From Candidatus Woesebacteria bacterium (GTDB lineage: Bacteria; Patescibacteriota; Microgenomatia; UBA8517): a DNA stretch of 64,000 nt. The first letter of the stretch is position 1. Each line of letters opens with the position of its first letter. Under the pieces are notes generated by a model. That model made no database searches. It was given only the letters and a program-made list of their open reading frames with translations, and was not told the origin of the DNA. Location of the stretch: assembly GCA_013374855.1 (NCBI GenBank), contig CP055308.1, positions 532,071 to 596,070 of the forward strand. The letters are read 5' to 3'. The translations under genes were made by a program, and so were the position numbers. Of this stretch, positions 9,981 through 19,469 are shown piece after piece.

Positions 9981-10901
9981 ATGAATAAAAAAGTTTTTGT
10001 TGTTGTGCTAAATTGGAATAGAGCGGACGACACTTTAGATTGTCTTTATTCTCTTTCTACTCTTATCTTGGATAATATTGATTTAACGGTAGTTGTTGTT
10101 GACAATGCTTCTGTTGATAATTCGGTTGAAAGAATAAAAAAAGCCAGTTTTCCTTTTAAACTTGTTATTTTGGAAAATTCTGAGAACCTTGGTTTTGCAG
10201 GAGGTAATAATGTTGGTATTGAATACTCGCTTAAAGAGGGAGCTGATTATGTGATGGTATTGAATAACGATACGATTGTAGACAAAAAACTTCTTGTCGG
10301 TCTTCTTCCATCTTTTTTTGATAGAAATAAAAAAGTTGGAGTTGTGTCGCCTAAGATTTATTTTTTAAAGGGTTTTGAATTTCATAGGGATAGGTATTCT
10401 GAAGAGGAACTTGGGAAAGTTATTTGGTATGCTGGTGGAAAAATTGACTGGGGTAATGTTTTTGGGAGCAATAGGGGAGTGGATGAAGTTGATAATGGCC
10501 AGTTTGATAAAGAGTCTGAAACCGATTTTGCTACTGGTTGCTGTAGTCTTTTTTCCGCTTTGGCTTTGAGAGAGGTTGGTTTTTATAACGAACGTTATTT
10601 TATGTATTTTGAAGATACTGATCTTTCTGTTCGTTTGAATAAAGCGGGGTATAAGGTCCTATTTAATCCTAGTGGATTAGTTTTCCACAAAGTTGCTCAG
10701 AGCTCTGGAATTGGAAGCGACCTAAATGATTACTTTATTACTAGAAACCGTTTTTTGTTTGGTATGAAATATGCTCCTCTAAGAAGTAAGTTTGCTTTAA
10801 TTAGAGAATCTTTTAGATTATTGGTTAATGGTAGAAAATGGCAAAAGATAGGGGTTGTTGATTTTTATAGAGGGAATTTTGGGAAAGGGTCTTGGATATG
10901 A
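9981..10901 (+). CDS. GT2 glycosyltransferase (rhamnosyltransferase WbbL-like subfamily)
   Basis: VFVVVLNWNRADDTLDCLYSL...VVVVDNASVDNS...YFEDTDLSVR is the GT2_3-type motif set. Confidence 0.7.
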   Translation: MNKKVFVVVLNWNRADDTLDCLYSLSTLILDNIDLTVVVVDNASVDNSVERIKKASFPFKLVILENSENLGFAGGNNVGIEYSLKEGADYVMVLNNDTIVDKKLLVGLLPSFFDRNKKVGVVSPKIYFLKGFEFHRDRYSEEELGKVIWYAGGKIDWGNVFGSNRGVDEVDNGQFDKESETDFATGCCSLFSALALREVGFYNERYFMYFEDTDLSVRLNKAGYKVLFNPSGLVFHKVAQSSGIGSDLNDYFITRNRFLFGMKYAPLRSKFALIRESFRLLVNGRKWQKIGVVDFYRGNFGKGSWI

Positions 10902-11665
10902 AAAAGAAGAATAATGCTAAGGTGGGTGTTGTGATTATAGCCAAGAATGAGGAAAAGAATATTGTTGGTTGTCTTGAGAGTGTTAGCTGGGCTGATGAGA
11001 TAGTTGTTGTTGATGGAGGTTCGATTGATAAAACGAAACAAATATCTAAAAAATTTGGTGCTTCTGTTTTTGATTTTTTGAGTAATGATTTTTCTGAAAG
11101 GAGGAATTTGGGTACGGAAAAAATTAAATCTTATTGGGTGTTGCATATCGATGCTGATGAAAGGGTGACTCCTAGTTTAAAAAAAGAACTTTTTGACATT
11201 ATCGAGAATGATGGCTATGGCAATACCCAATTTGCAATACCCCGAAGAAATTATGTTTTCGATAAAGAGATGAAACATTGTGGTTTGTGGCCGGATTATG
11301 TTGTTAGGTTTTTTAAGAAGGAAAGCTTTATTCGTTGGAGTGGTAGGTTGCATGAACAGCCCAATGTGATAGGTGATCTAGGGTACGCGAATAATTTTTT
11401 TGTTCACTTAAAACATGATAATCTTTTTGATATTGTTAAAAAAACTAATTCTTGGTCAAAAATAGAAGCGGAACTTATGTTTGATGCAAACCATCCACCA
11501 ATGAATGTTCCTCGGTTTCTAACAGCTGTTTTTCGTGAGTTCTGGTTGAGATTGGTTAGACAGAAGGCCTTTCTTGATGGTGTAGAAGGGGTAATTTATG
11601 GAATATATCAGGTTTATAGCCGATTTTTAAGTTACGCCAAGCTTTGGGAAATGCAATTAAAATGA
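10892..11665 (+). CDS. GT2 glycosyltransferase, WaaE/KdtX-like
   Basis: VGVVIIAKNEEKNIVGCLESVSWADEIVVVDGGSIDKT...HIDADERVTP...LWPDYVVRFFKK closely matches the WaaE pattern. Confidence 0.7.
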   Translation: MDMKKKNNAKVGVVIIAKNEEKNIVGCLESVSWADEIVVVDGGSIDKTKQISKKFGASVFDFLSNDFSERRNLGTEKIKSYWVLHIDADERVTPSLKKELFDIIENDGYGNTQFAIPRRNYVFDKEMKHCGLWPDYVVRFFKKESFIRWSGRLHEQPNVIGDLGYANNFFVHLKHDNLFDIVKKTNSWSKIEAELMFDANHPPMNVPRFLTAVFREFWLRLVRQKAFLDGVEGVIYGIYQVYSRFLSYAKLWEMQLK

Positions 11666-12702
11666 AAGCAGCATTGTTTGACCCCTATCTTGATACTTTA
11701 GGTGGAGGAGAGAGATATTTGGTGGGGGTGGCAAGAGTTTTGGAATCTTTGGGTTTTGATGTTTTTTTGGAGTGGAGTGATGAGGGTATTTTGGAAAAGC
11801 TTGAACAAAGGTTCGGAGTAAAACTTGATAGAACTTTTGTTTTAGGGAACATTAAAAGAGGTTTGGGTTTTGATTTTTGTTTCTGGTTTTCTGATGGCAG
11901 TGTTCCATTTCTTCTTGCAAAAAAAAACTTTCTTCATTTTCAGGTGCCTTTTAGAGAAGTAAATGGTAAAAGTGTCAAAAACAGAATCAAGTTTTTGAGT
12001 ATAGATAAGATTATTGTTAACTCTCTTTTTACAAAGAGGGTGATAGACGAAGAATTTAGTGTTTCGAGTGATGTAGTTTATCCGCCGGTTGATGTTGATA
12101 GTTTTTTCAATAAAAGTACTAAAAAGGAAAATGTTATTGTTTCTGTAGGCAGGTTTTCTCAATTAAAACAAGCGAAAAGTCAAGATGTTTTGGTTAAGGT
12201 CTTTAAGGATATGATTAAAAGAGGATTAATTAAGGATTGGAAACTGGTGCTTGCTGGAGGTACAGAAGTGGGGTCTTCTGCTTATATTGGAGAATTAAAG
12301 AAAGAGTCTTTAGGTTATCCTATAGAATTTCTAGAAAGTCCTCCTTTTGATAAATTGGTTGAGACTTATTTGAGATCCAAAATTTTTTGGTCTGCCAGTG
12401 GTTTTGGTGTGGATGAGAATAAAAGTCCCGATAAAGTAGAACATTTTGGAATAACTTTGGTTGAAGCTATGGCGTCGCGCGTTTTCCCAATTGCTTTTGC
12501 TGCAGGAGGGCATAAGGAAATAATAGAAAATGGAAAGAGTGGTTTTTTGTGGAAAGATGAAAGGGAACTGGTTGATCTTACACTCTTGGTGATAAATAAA
12601 AAATTATATCTTAAAAGGGAAGATAATTTGGTTAAAAGAAGTAAAATGTTTTCTTATGAAGCTTTTTCTGATAAAATGAAAAACTTGTTGTCTGTTGCCT
12701 AG
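11662..12702 (+). CDS. GT4 glycosyltransferase (Glycos_transf_1)
   Basis: EHFGITLVEAMASRVFPIAFAAGGHKEIIENGKSGFLW is the E-X7-E region. I set the start at the ATG that overlaps the upstream stop (ATGA). Confidence 0.65.
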   Translation: MKAALFDPYLDTLGGGERYLVGVARVLESLGFDVFLEWSDEGILEKLEQRFGVKLDRTFVLGNIKRGLGFDFCFWFSDGSVPFLLAKKNFLHFQVPFREVNGKSVKNRIKFLSIDKIIVNSLFTKRVIDEEFSVSSDVVYPPVDVDSFFNKSTKKENVIVSVGRFSQLKQAKSQDVLVKVFKDMIKRGLIKDWKLVLAGGTEVGSSAYIGELKKESLGYPIEFLESPPFDKLVETYLRSKIFWSASGFGVDENKSPDKVEHFGITLVEAMASRVFPIAFAAGGHKEIIENGKSGFLWKDERELVDLTLLVINKKLYLKREDNLVKRSKMFSYEAFSDKMKNLLSVA

Positions 12703-12704
12703 AC

Positions 12705-13622
12705 TTGTTTTTTATGAATTTTATGAAGGATTTTTCTGTATCTGTTGTTATTACAAATTTTAATGGGCGGGAAATTTTGTCTCAAAATCTTCCTTCTGTT
12801 ATTGAGGCGAAGAAAGAACCTTTAAATAGGATAATTGAAATTATAGTGGTTGATGATGCCTCAAGGGATGACAGCGTTTCCTTTTTGAGAAAAAGTTTTC
12901 CGGAAGTTAAGGTTATAGCACATCGTAAAAATAGAGGTTTTTCAGCAACTGCGAATACTGGTATAAGAGCAGCAAAAGGCAATTTGGTTTGTATTCTTAA
13001 TAATGATGTTTTTGTAACAAAGGATTTTCTCAAAGAAGTGTTTGATATTTTTGCCGAAAATCCAAGTTGTTTTGGTGTTTCCTTAAGTGAGAGAGGCTAT
13101 GGACCAGCAGTTGGCTTTTTTGAAAATGGTTTTGTAAATCATTCTCCAAAGAAGAAAACGAAAAGTATTTCTAAAACCTTTTGGGTGAATGGTGGTAGTG
13201 GTATTTTTAGGAGAGATTTATTGATTAAGGTTGGTTCGTTTGATGAGGAGCTTTTTTCGCCATTTTACTGGGAGGATGTCGACCTGTCTTACAGAGCTTT
13301 AAAAAGAGGTTTTGAAATTTTTTGGCATCCCAATGCCAAAGTTATTCATGAACACGAGACAACAATAGGTAAAATAAATAAGAGGTACAGAAACAGAATC
13401 CAAGAGAGGAATCAGCTTCTTTTCATTTGGAAAAATATCACAAGCAATCGTTTGTTTATCAGGCATCTGATGGGTCTTTTAGATAGAATAATAAGGCACC
13501 CGGGTTATTTGATAGTATTTTTTATGGCTTTATCTAAAATTAAAAAGGTTTTTAAAGCTCGTCGCAGGGAGAAAAAAGAAGGTGTTGTGGCAGATGAGTT
13601 TATATTCTCTAGCTTTAATTAA
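12705..13622 (+). CDS. GT2 glycosyltransferase
   Basis: VSVVITNFNGREIL...VVDDASRDDS...YWEDVDLSYR. Confidence 0.7.
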   Translation: MFFMNFMKDFSVSVVITNFNGREILSQNLPSVIEAKKEPLNRIIEIIVVDDASRDDSVSFLRKSFPEVKVIAHRKNRGFSATANTGIRAAKGNLVCILNNDVFVTKDFLKEVFDIFAENPSCFGVSLSERGYGPAVGFFENGFVNHSPKKKTKSISKTFWVNGGSGIFRRDLLIKVGSFDEELFSPFYWEDVDLSYRALKRGFEIFWHPNAKVIHEHETTIGKINKRYRNRIQERNQLLFIWKNITSNRLFIRHLMGLLDRIIRHPGYLIVFFMALSKIKKVFKARRREKKEGVVADEFIFSSFN

Positions 13623-13625
13623 ATA

Positions 13626-16124
13626 GTGAAAAAGAAACCTTTAGTCTCTCTAGTAATATTAAATTATAATACACGCGAGCTTACTTTGAATCTTATTGAT
13701 TCTATTGAAAAAAGTAGTGATTTTGAGATTATCCTGGTTGACAATAATTCTACAGATGGTTCTTGGGAAAGTTTTAGAGAACTCAAAATTCCAAACTTGG
13801 TCCTTGTTCGTAATAAGGAAAATCTTGGTTTTTCAAAAGGTGTAAATGTTGGTATTAGGAAGGCAAGAGGTGAGTATATACTTCTTTTGAATTCGGATGT
13901 TAAAGTTAAAAAGGGATCAATTTTGGCGCTTGTTGATTTTGCTAAAAAAACTCCAGATGCGGGTGTCGTCGCTCCCAAGCTTATTTTAGGAAATGGCGAA
14001 GTTCAAAAGTCTGTTTTTCACTTTCCAACTATTTGGGGTGCGTTTAAGGAGTATATCTTAAAAATTAAAAATTCTTATGGGCCGTATTTGCCGAAATCTG
14101 AGAAACCACAAGCTGTTGATGTTGTTGTGGGTGCAGCTTTTCTTATCAAACGTGAAGTTTTGGAAAAAGTGGGACTTTTTGACGAGCGTTATTTTATGTA
14201 TTTTGAGGACATAGATTACTGTCGTCGTGTATGGAGAGCTGGTTATAAAGTTTATTACCTACCCGCAGTTTCTATGATCCATTATCATGGACAGAGTGTT
14301 AAAAAAATTGCAAGTCCAGAAAACCAATGGAAAATGCTTATTCCATCAAGCAAAATTTATTTTGGTGTTTTTAGACATTGGGCAATTTATTTCGTTACTA
14401 GGTTTGGAAGCTTAATCGACAAAGTTTTTCAGAATTCTCTTATTAGGATAGTTTTTATTTTAATCATTTTTATTTTTTTGACATTTCCTGTTGTAAGACC
14501 ACTTTTGCGAAAGGGATATTTTTATATGCAAGATGACCTTCAGGCTTTTAGATTGCATCAAATGGATAAATGTTTTAAAGATTTGCAATTTCCGTGTCGT
14601 TGGGTTCCAGATGCTGGCTATCAGTATGGTTATCCTCAATTTAATTTTTATCCTCCCTTCGTTTATTATCTGGGTGAATTAATTCATCTCTCAGGATTTC
14701 AATTTGTGGATGTGGTTAAGATATTATTTATTCTTGGTTATGTTTTTTCTGCTCTGGCTATCTTTATTCTTATTCGTACACTGGTTGGTTTTTGGCCAGC
14801 TCTTGTGGGATCTGTTGTTTATACATACGCTCCATATAAAGCAGTTGAGGTTTATGTAAGAGGTGCGTTAAGTGAATTTTGGTCTTTTGTTTTTTTTCCT
14901 CTTATATTTTGGTCTTCTTACCTCTTAATAAAGACTGATAAAAGGAAATATCTAATTTTTCTTTCTTTATTTTTAGCTTTTTTGTTAACCACTCATGTTT
15001 TAATGTCTATGGCATTTATTGTTCCTTTTGCTTTATGGGTTGTTTTTTGGTTAATTAAAGAGAGAAAGTTTAAGACATCTGTAGTTTTGAACCTTTTCTT
15101 TTCTTTTTTCTTGGCTTTTTGTCTTTCTGCTTTCTTTGTTTTGCCTCTTTTTTTTGAAAGAAAGTTTGTTCATGTGGAGACGATGATAATGGGTTATTTT
15201 GACTATCGAAAGCATTTTCTGGGGATCTATAAGTTGATTTTTGATAGGGATTGGGGTTATGGTTCTTCTGGTTTTCCTGATGAGAAATTAAATCTTTCTT
15301 TGGGGGTAGTTCAATTTTTGTCTTCTGTTTTGATTTTCCTTTATTCTTCTTTTATTTTGTTAAAGTTTAAAAGCGGAAGGGTTAAAAAGCTTTCGCTTCT
15401 TGTTGTTTTTTTGTTTTTTCTATCTTTGGCTAATCTTTTTATAATTCATCCCCGTTCTGTTTTTATTTGGGAAAGATTTCCACTTTTGCATTGGTTTCAG
15501 TTTCCGTGGAGATTTATGACAATAGTTCTTTTTTTAACTTCTGTCTTAATCGGAGTTGGCTTAGTTTTATTTCGTGGAAGAGCCGCGTTTTTAATTGGTT
15601 TTTCAATTTCTGTTTTGGCAATAGTTTTAAATTTAGCTTACTTTAGTCCTAGGGATTGGTATTACGATGTTGATGATAGTACTAAGTTTTCTGGGGAACT
15701 TTGGGAGAAGCAGCTTACGATTAGTATTTTTGATTATTTACCAATTTACTCGGTTTTGCCTCCTTGGGAGAAAGCACCAGAGCTACCTGAAGTTATTGAA
15801 GGTAATGCTAGTTTTAGCTATTACACAAAAGGTAGTCATTATCAGATGGGACGAGTTGATGTTTTGACGAATAATGCTTTGTTGAGAATTCCTTTGTTTG
15901 ACTTTCCTGGTATGAATGTTTTTGTTGATGGGAAAAAGGTACCCCATGTAAATGATAATTGTGTGGGTCAGCGCTATTGTTTGGGGCTTGTTACTTTTTC
16001 TGTATCAAAAGGGAGTCATTTAGTTGAGATAAGATTGCAAGATACGCCGGTGAGAAAGATAGGTAATTATTTAACCTTAATTTCCTTTTGTGCGATAGTG
16101 TTTTTGCTTGTAAAGAAAAGATAA
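13626..16124 (+). CDS. Fusion protein. An N-terminal GT2 glycosyltransferase domain (about 270 aa) is joined to a C-terminal paralog-family GT-C-like membrane domain (YfhO / PTPS-related-like)
   Basis: N-terminus: VSLVILNYNTRELT..VDNNSTDGS..YFEDIDYCRR. C-terminus: FPCRWVPDAGYQYGYPQFNFYPPFVYYLGE, YAPYKAVEVYVRGALSEF, FQFPWRF, then a beta-rich terminal domain plus a TM anchor. It has a GTG start. Confidence 0.65.
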   Translation: MKKKPLVSLVILNYNTRELTLNLIDSIEKSSDFEIILVDNNSTDGSWESFRELKIPNLVLVRNKENLGFSKGVNVGIRKARGEYILLLNSDVKVKKGSILALVDFAKKTPDAGVVAPKLILGNGEVQKSVFHFPTIWGAFKEYILKIKNSYGPYLPKSEKPQAVDVVVGAAFLIKREVLEKVGLFDERYFMYFEDIDYCRRVWRAGYKVYYLPAVSMIHYHGQSVKKIASPENQWKMLIPSSKIYFGVFRHWAIYFVTRFGSLIDKVFQNSLIRIVFILIIFIFLTFPVVRPLLRKGYFYMQDDLQAFRLHQMDKCFKDLQFPCRWVPDAGYQYGYPQFNFYPPFVYYLGELIHLSGFQFVDVVKILFILGYVFSALAIFILIRTLVGFWPALVGSVVYTYAPYKAVEVYVRGALSEFWSFVFFPLIFWSSYLLIKTDKRKYLIFLSLFLAFLLTTHVLMSMAFIVPFALWVVFWLIKERKFKTSVVLNLFFSFFLAFCLSAFFVLPLFFERKFVHVETMIMGYFDYRKHFLGIYKLIFDRDWGYGSSGFPDEKLNLSLGVVQFLSSVLIFLYSSFILLKFKSGRVKKLSLLVVFLFFLSLANLFIIHPRSVFIWERFPLLHWFQFPWRFMTIVLFLTSVLIGVGLVLFRGRAAFLIGFSISVLAIVLNLAYFSPRDWYYDVDDSTKFSGELWEKQLTISIFDYLPIYSVLPPWEKAPELPEVIEGNASFSYYTKGSHYQMGRVDVLTNNALLRIPLFDFPGMNVFVDGKKVPHVNDNCVGQRYCLGLVTFSVSKGSHLVEIRLQDTPVRKIGNYLTLISFCAIVFLLVKKR

Positions 16125-17785
16125 TGAAAAGGATTTTTTTTTGGTTGTCTTTTCTACTATCTTTGGTTTTTGTTTCTTGGCCACTTTTTCGCAGTGGTTA
16201 TTTTACTCACCACGATAACATTCAGATAATTAGAATTTTTGAGATGAGAAGATGTATTTTGGATTTGCAGATTCCTTGCCGTTGGGTACCTGATATGGGA
16301 TATGGGTATGGATTCCCGCTTTTTAACTATTATGCTCCTTCTGTTTATTATTTGGGGGCTATTTTGAGCTTTGCCTTGGGTTATATAGGAGCGGCTAAAA
16401 TGCTTTTTTTCTTAAGTTTTGTTGTTGGTTTTTTGGGTATGTTTGTTTTTTCAAAGTTGTTTTTTGGCTTTTGGGGAGCTTTGGTATCTTCAGTTCTCTT
16501 TACCTATGCTCCATATCGTGCTTTGGATGTTTATGTAAGAGGTGCTCTTTCTGAAATTTTTGCTATTTCTGTTTTTCCACTAGTTCTTTATTATTCTTAT
16601 CAGTTGCTTCAGTTTGGCAGGAAAAGGCATTTTGTTGGATTGGTTATCTCTCTTTCTTTTTTTCTGATAACTCACAATGTGATGGTGATGCTTTTTTTGC
16701 CAGTTGCTGTTTTGTTTTTCATTTTGATGACCTTTTTGGTTGAGAAAAAAAGCCGTCTTATTTCTTTATTTGTTGGATTAGTATTGAGTTTTGGTTTATC
16801 TTCATTTTTTGTTTTACCTGCTTTTTTGGAAAAAAATCTAGTTCAGATCGAATCTATGATTCAAGATGAACTTAATTTTAGAGCTCATTTTGTCAAAGTT
16901 GGCCAGCTTTTTTGGATTAGGGATTGGTATTATGGTGCTTCCCAACCTCAGCAGAATGAAACTATATCATTTCAAGTGGGTTGGCCTCATTGGTGGTTGG
17001 TAGCTGTTTCAATTCCGTTTTTGTTGCGGGAGCTTTTGAAAAGAGGGACTAAGGTTAGTAAGACATTTTGGATTGCTCTCTTGGCGGTTTTTGTTTTTAT
17101 AGTATCTGTTTTTATGACGCATAATAAATCTGCTTTTATTTGGGAGAAAATGGCTCTTTTGAGTTTTGCTCAGTTTCCTTGGAGATTTTTATCTTTGGCT
17201 ATTTTTTCTTCCTCTTTAGTTGGTGGGTATTTATTAAGCTTAACAAGGGGAAATTTGCTAAAATTTGCCTTTGCTTTGATTGTTTTGCTTGCAATTGTCT
17301 TGAATTGGAGATACTTTAGACCTGAAAGGTTTTTGGATATTGATGACGTTAGTGTTTTAGGTGGTGCTTTCTGGGAAGAACAGCAGAAGGGTTCTGTTAG
17401 AGACTATCTCCCAAAGGGTGCAAAAATACCATCTTCTATTGCTCCAACGCGGTTTTCCATAGATACTTCCGATGTTGTTTTGTATGATTTTGACAAATCT
17501 ACGAAAAGTTGGAAATTTAGTGCCAAAGTAGATAAAGAATTGGAGATAGAAATTCCAGTTTTCGACTTTCCTTATTGGAGTGTAAGAATTGGCGATTCTT
17601 TGGTTAACTATAAAGTGGGAGAGAACGGCCTTATGAGGTTAAAGTTACCAAGAGGAGAGTATATTGTTCAGGGTGTTTTACAAGATACGACAATAAGAAG
17701 ATTTTCTAATTTTATATTTCTTTTTAGTTTGACAGCCTTTTTGTATTTATTGAAAAATGGGAAGAGTTTTAAAATTTTTAGATAA
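16124..17785 (+). CDS. Paralog-family GT-C-like polytopic membrane protein (YfhO / PTPS-related-like)
   Basis: IPCRWVPDMGYGYGFPLFNYYAPSVYYLGA, YAPYRALDVYVRGALSEIF, FAQFPWRF. I set the start at MKRIFF, which overlaps the upstream stop (TAATG). Confidence 0.6.
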   Translation: MKRIFFWLSFLLSLVFVSWPLFRSGYFTHHDNIQIIRIFEMRRCILDLQIPCRWVPDMGYGYGFPLFNYYAPSVYYLGAILSFALGYIGAAKMLFFLSFVVGFLGMFVFSKLFFGFWGALVSSVLFTYAPYRALDVYVRGALSEIFAISVFPLVLYYSYQLLQFGRKRHFVGLVISLSFFLITHNVMVMLFLPVAVLFFILMTFLVEKKSRLISLFVGLVLSFGLSSFFVLPAFLEKNLVQIESMIQDELNFRAHFVKVGQLFWIRDWYYGASQPQQNETISFQVGWPHWWLVAVSIPFLLRELLKRGTKVSKTFWIALLAVFVFIVSVFMTHNKSAFIWEKMALLSFAQFPWRFLSLAIFSSSLVGGYLLSLTRGNLLKFAFALIVLLAIVLNWRYFRPERFLDIDDVSVLGGAFWEEQQKGSVRDYLPKGAKIPSSIAPTRFSIDTSDVVLYDFDKSTKSWKFSAKVDKELEIEIPVFDFPYWSVRIGDSLVNYKVGENGLMRLKLPRGEYIVQGVLQDTTIRRFSNFIFLFSLTAFLYLLKNGKSFKIFR

Positions 17786-19433
17786 AAATATCTGGTTATT
17801 GTTAATGTTACTTTCTTTGCCTTCTGTTTTTTCCCTTTTTGCAAGGAGAGGCTATTTTGGTGTTTCGGATGATATGCATGTAGCGTGGCTTTATGAAATG
17901 GTGAGAGTTTTGGAATCTGGTAAATTGCCTCCACGTTTTGTTCCCGATTTGAGTTTTGGTTTTGGTTATCCTCTTTTTAATTTTGTTTTTCCTTTGCCAT
18001 TTTATTTAGGTGCCTTGTTTTATTTTTTGGGTTTTAGTTTGGTGGATAGTACTAAGATAGTCTTGGCTATAAGTTTGCTTTTCTCGTCTTTGTTTATGTA
18101 CTTTCTCTTGAGGAAATTTGTAAACAAATATACTGCACTATTAGGTGGAGTGATTTATCTTTATGCACCATATAGGGCAACTGATGTATATGTAAGAGGT
18201 GCAATTGGGGAGTCGCTTGCTTTTGTTTTTCTTCCCCTTATAGTTCTATCTTTTGTAAATGTTTTGAATTTGGGAAGGAAAAAAAATGGTTTGAGGTGGA
18301 TTGGTTTGGGATCTTTGTTTATTGCAGGGTTGATTTTGTCTCACAATATAACAGCATATATGTTTTTGCCTTTTTTGATTGTTCTTCCTGTATTGTTTAA
18401 AAACAGAAAGAATATATTTTATTTGGTCTTATCTTTTTTGGGTGGTCTTTTTTTATCTTGTTATTTTTGGATTCCGGCTATTTTTGATAGTAAGTTAGTT
18501 AAATATGATACAGTTTTTTCCTATTTTGATCACTTTCCAACATTGAAACAGCTTGTTACTCCTCATTTTGGTTATGGAGCATCTGTTCCTGGTCCTTATG
18601 ATACTATGTCATTTTTTATTGGCGTTCCACAACTTGTGGTTTTATTTTTGGGTTTGTTTTTATTCTTGTTCAATTGTAGGGTATTCTTACAAAAGGAAAA
18701 AACTATTTTTCTCTGGGCACTGGTCTTGTTTTTTGTATCTCTTTTTATGATGAATTATCGATCTAGTTTTTTGTGGAGGATTATTCCTCTTTTAGGTTAT
18801 TTTCAATTTCCTTGGAGGTTCTTAACTTTGATTGTATTTTCTTCCTCTTTGTTTTTGATAGCGTTTGATAGGTTGAAAATTAATAAGTATGTTTTTTTGT
18901 ATTTGTCTTTTGTAATCTCCGCAGTCTCGTATTATGTTTATTTTAAACCAAGTGAATATTTGATGAGGGGTGATAGTTATTATATAAATCGCTATATCCC
19001 AGTACCCCAAGCAAGCTCTGAGTATAAAAAGATATCGGAGGAGTATTTAAGGTTACCTGTTTTAACTCAAAAAAGACCTGAAGATGTTTTGCCGGTTTTT
19101 TTTGGAAATGGTTTTCTTGTTGACAAGATTAATGATATTAATAATTTGGATATTAGAGCAAGAATATTTGTGACGGATAATAATGGGACGATAGTCAACT
19201 TTAGGAAGTATGATTTTCCTGGTTGGGTGGTTATGGTAGATGGAGAGAAGGTTAAACATTTTACTGGTACTCCTTATGGCCAAATTTCATTTTTTGTCTC
19301 TTCGGGTTATCATGATGTTAATATTGTTTTTAAGGAGACTACACGTAATATTTTGTTAAATTTTATATCTTTGTTTTCTTTATTGGTTATTTTTACTCTG
19401 GTTTTTAGAAAAGGGGATAAAGGTGGTTTTTAA
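17757..19433 (+). CDS. Paralog-family GT-C-like polytopic membrane protein (YfhO / PTPS-related-like)
   Basis: PPRFVPDLSFGFGYPLFNFVFPLPFYLGAL, YAPYRATDVYVRGAIGESLAF, FQFPWRF. Confidence 0.6.
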   Translation: MGRVLKFLDKNIWLLLMLLSLPSVFSLFARRGYFGVSDDMHVAWLYEMVRVLESGKLPPRFVPDLSFGFGYPLFNFVFPLPFYLGALFYFLGFSLVDSTKIVLAISLLFSSLFMYFLLRKFVNKYTALLGGVIYLYAPYRATDVYVRGAIGESLAFVFLPLIVLSFVNVLNLGRKKNGLRWIGLGSLFIAGLILSHNITAYMFLPFLIVLPVLFKNRKNIFYLVLSFLGGLFLSCYFWIPAIFDSKLVKYDTVFSYFDHFPTLKQLVTPHFGYGASVPGPYDTMSFFIGVPQLVVLFLGLFLFLFNCRVFLQKEKTIFLWALVLFFVSLFMMNYRSSFLWRIIPLLGYFQFPWRFLTLIVFSSSLFLIAFDRLKINKYVFLYLSFVISAVSYYVYFKPSEYLMRGDSYYINRYIPVPQASSEYKKISEEYLRLPVLTQKRPEDVLPVFFGNGFLVDKINDINNLDIRARIFVTDNNGTIVNFRKYDFPGWVVMVDGEKVKHFTGTPYGQISFFVSSGYHDVNIVFKETTRNILLNFISLFSLLVIFTLVFRKGDKGGF

Positions 19434-19469
19434 TTGTGTGGAGATTGTTTTATAATCCTTTATATTAGA

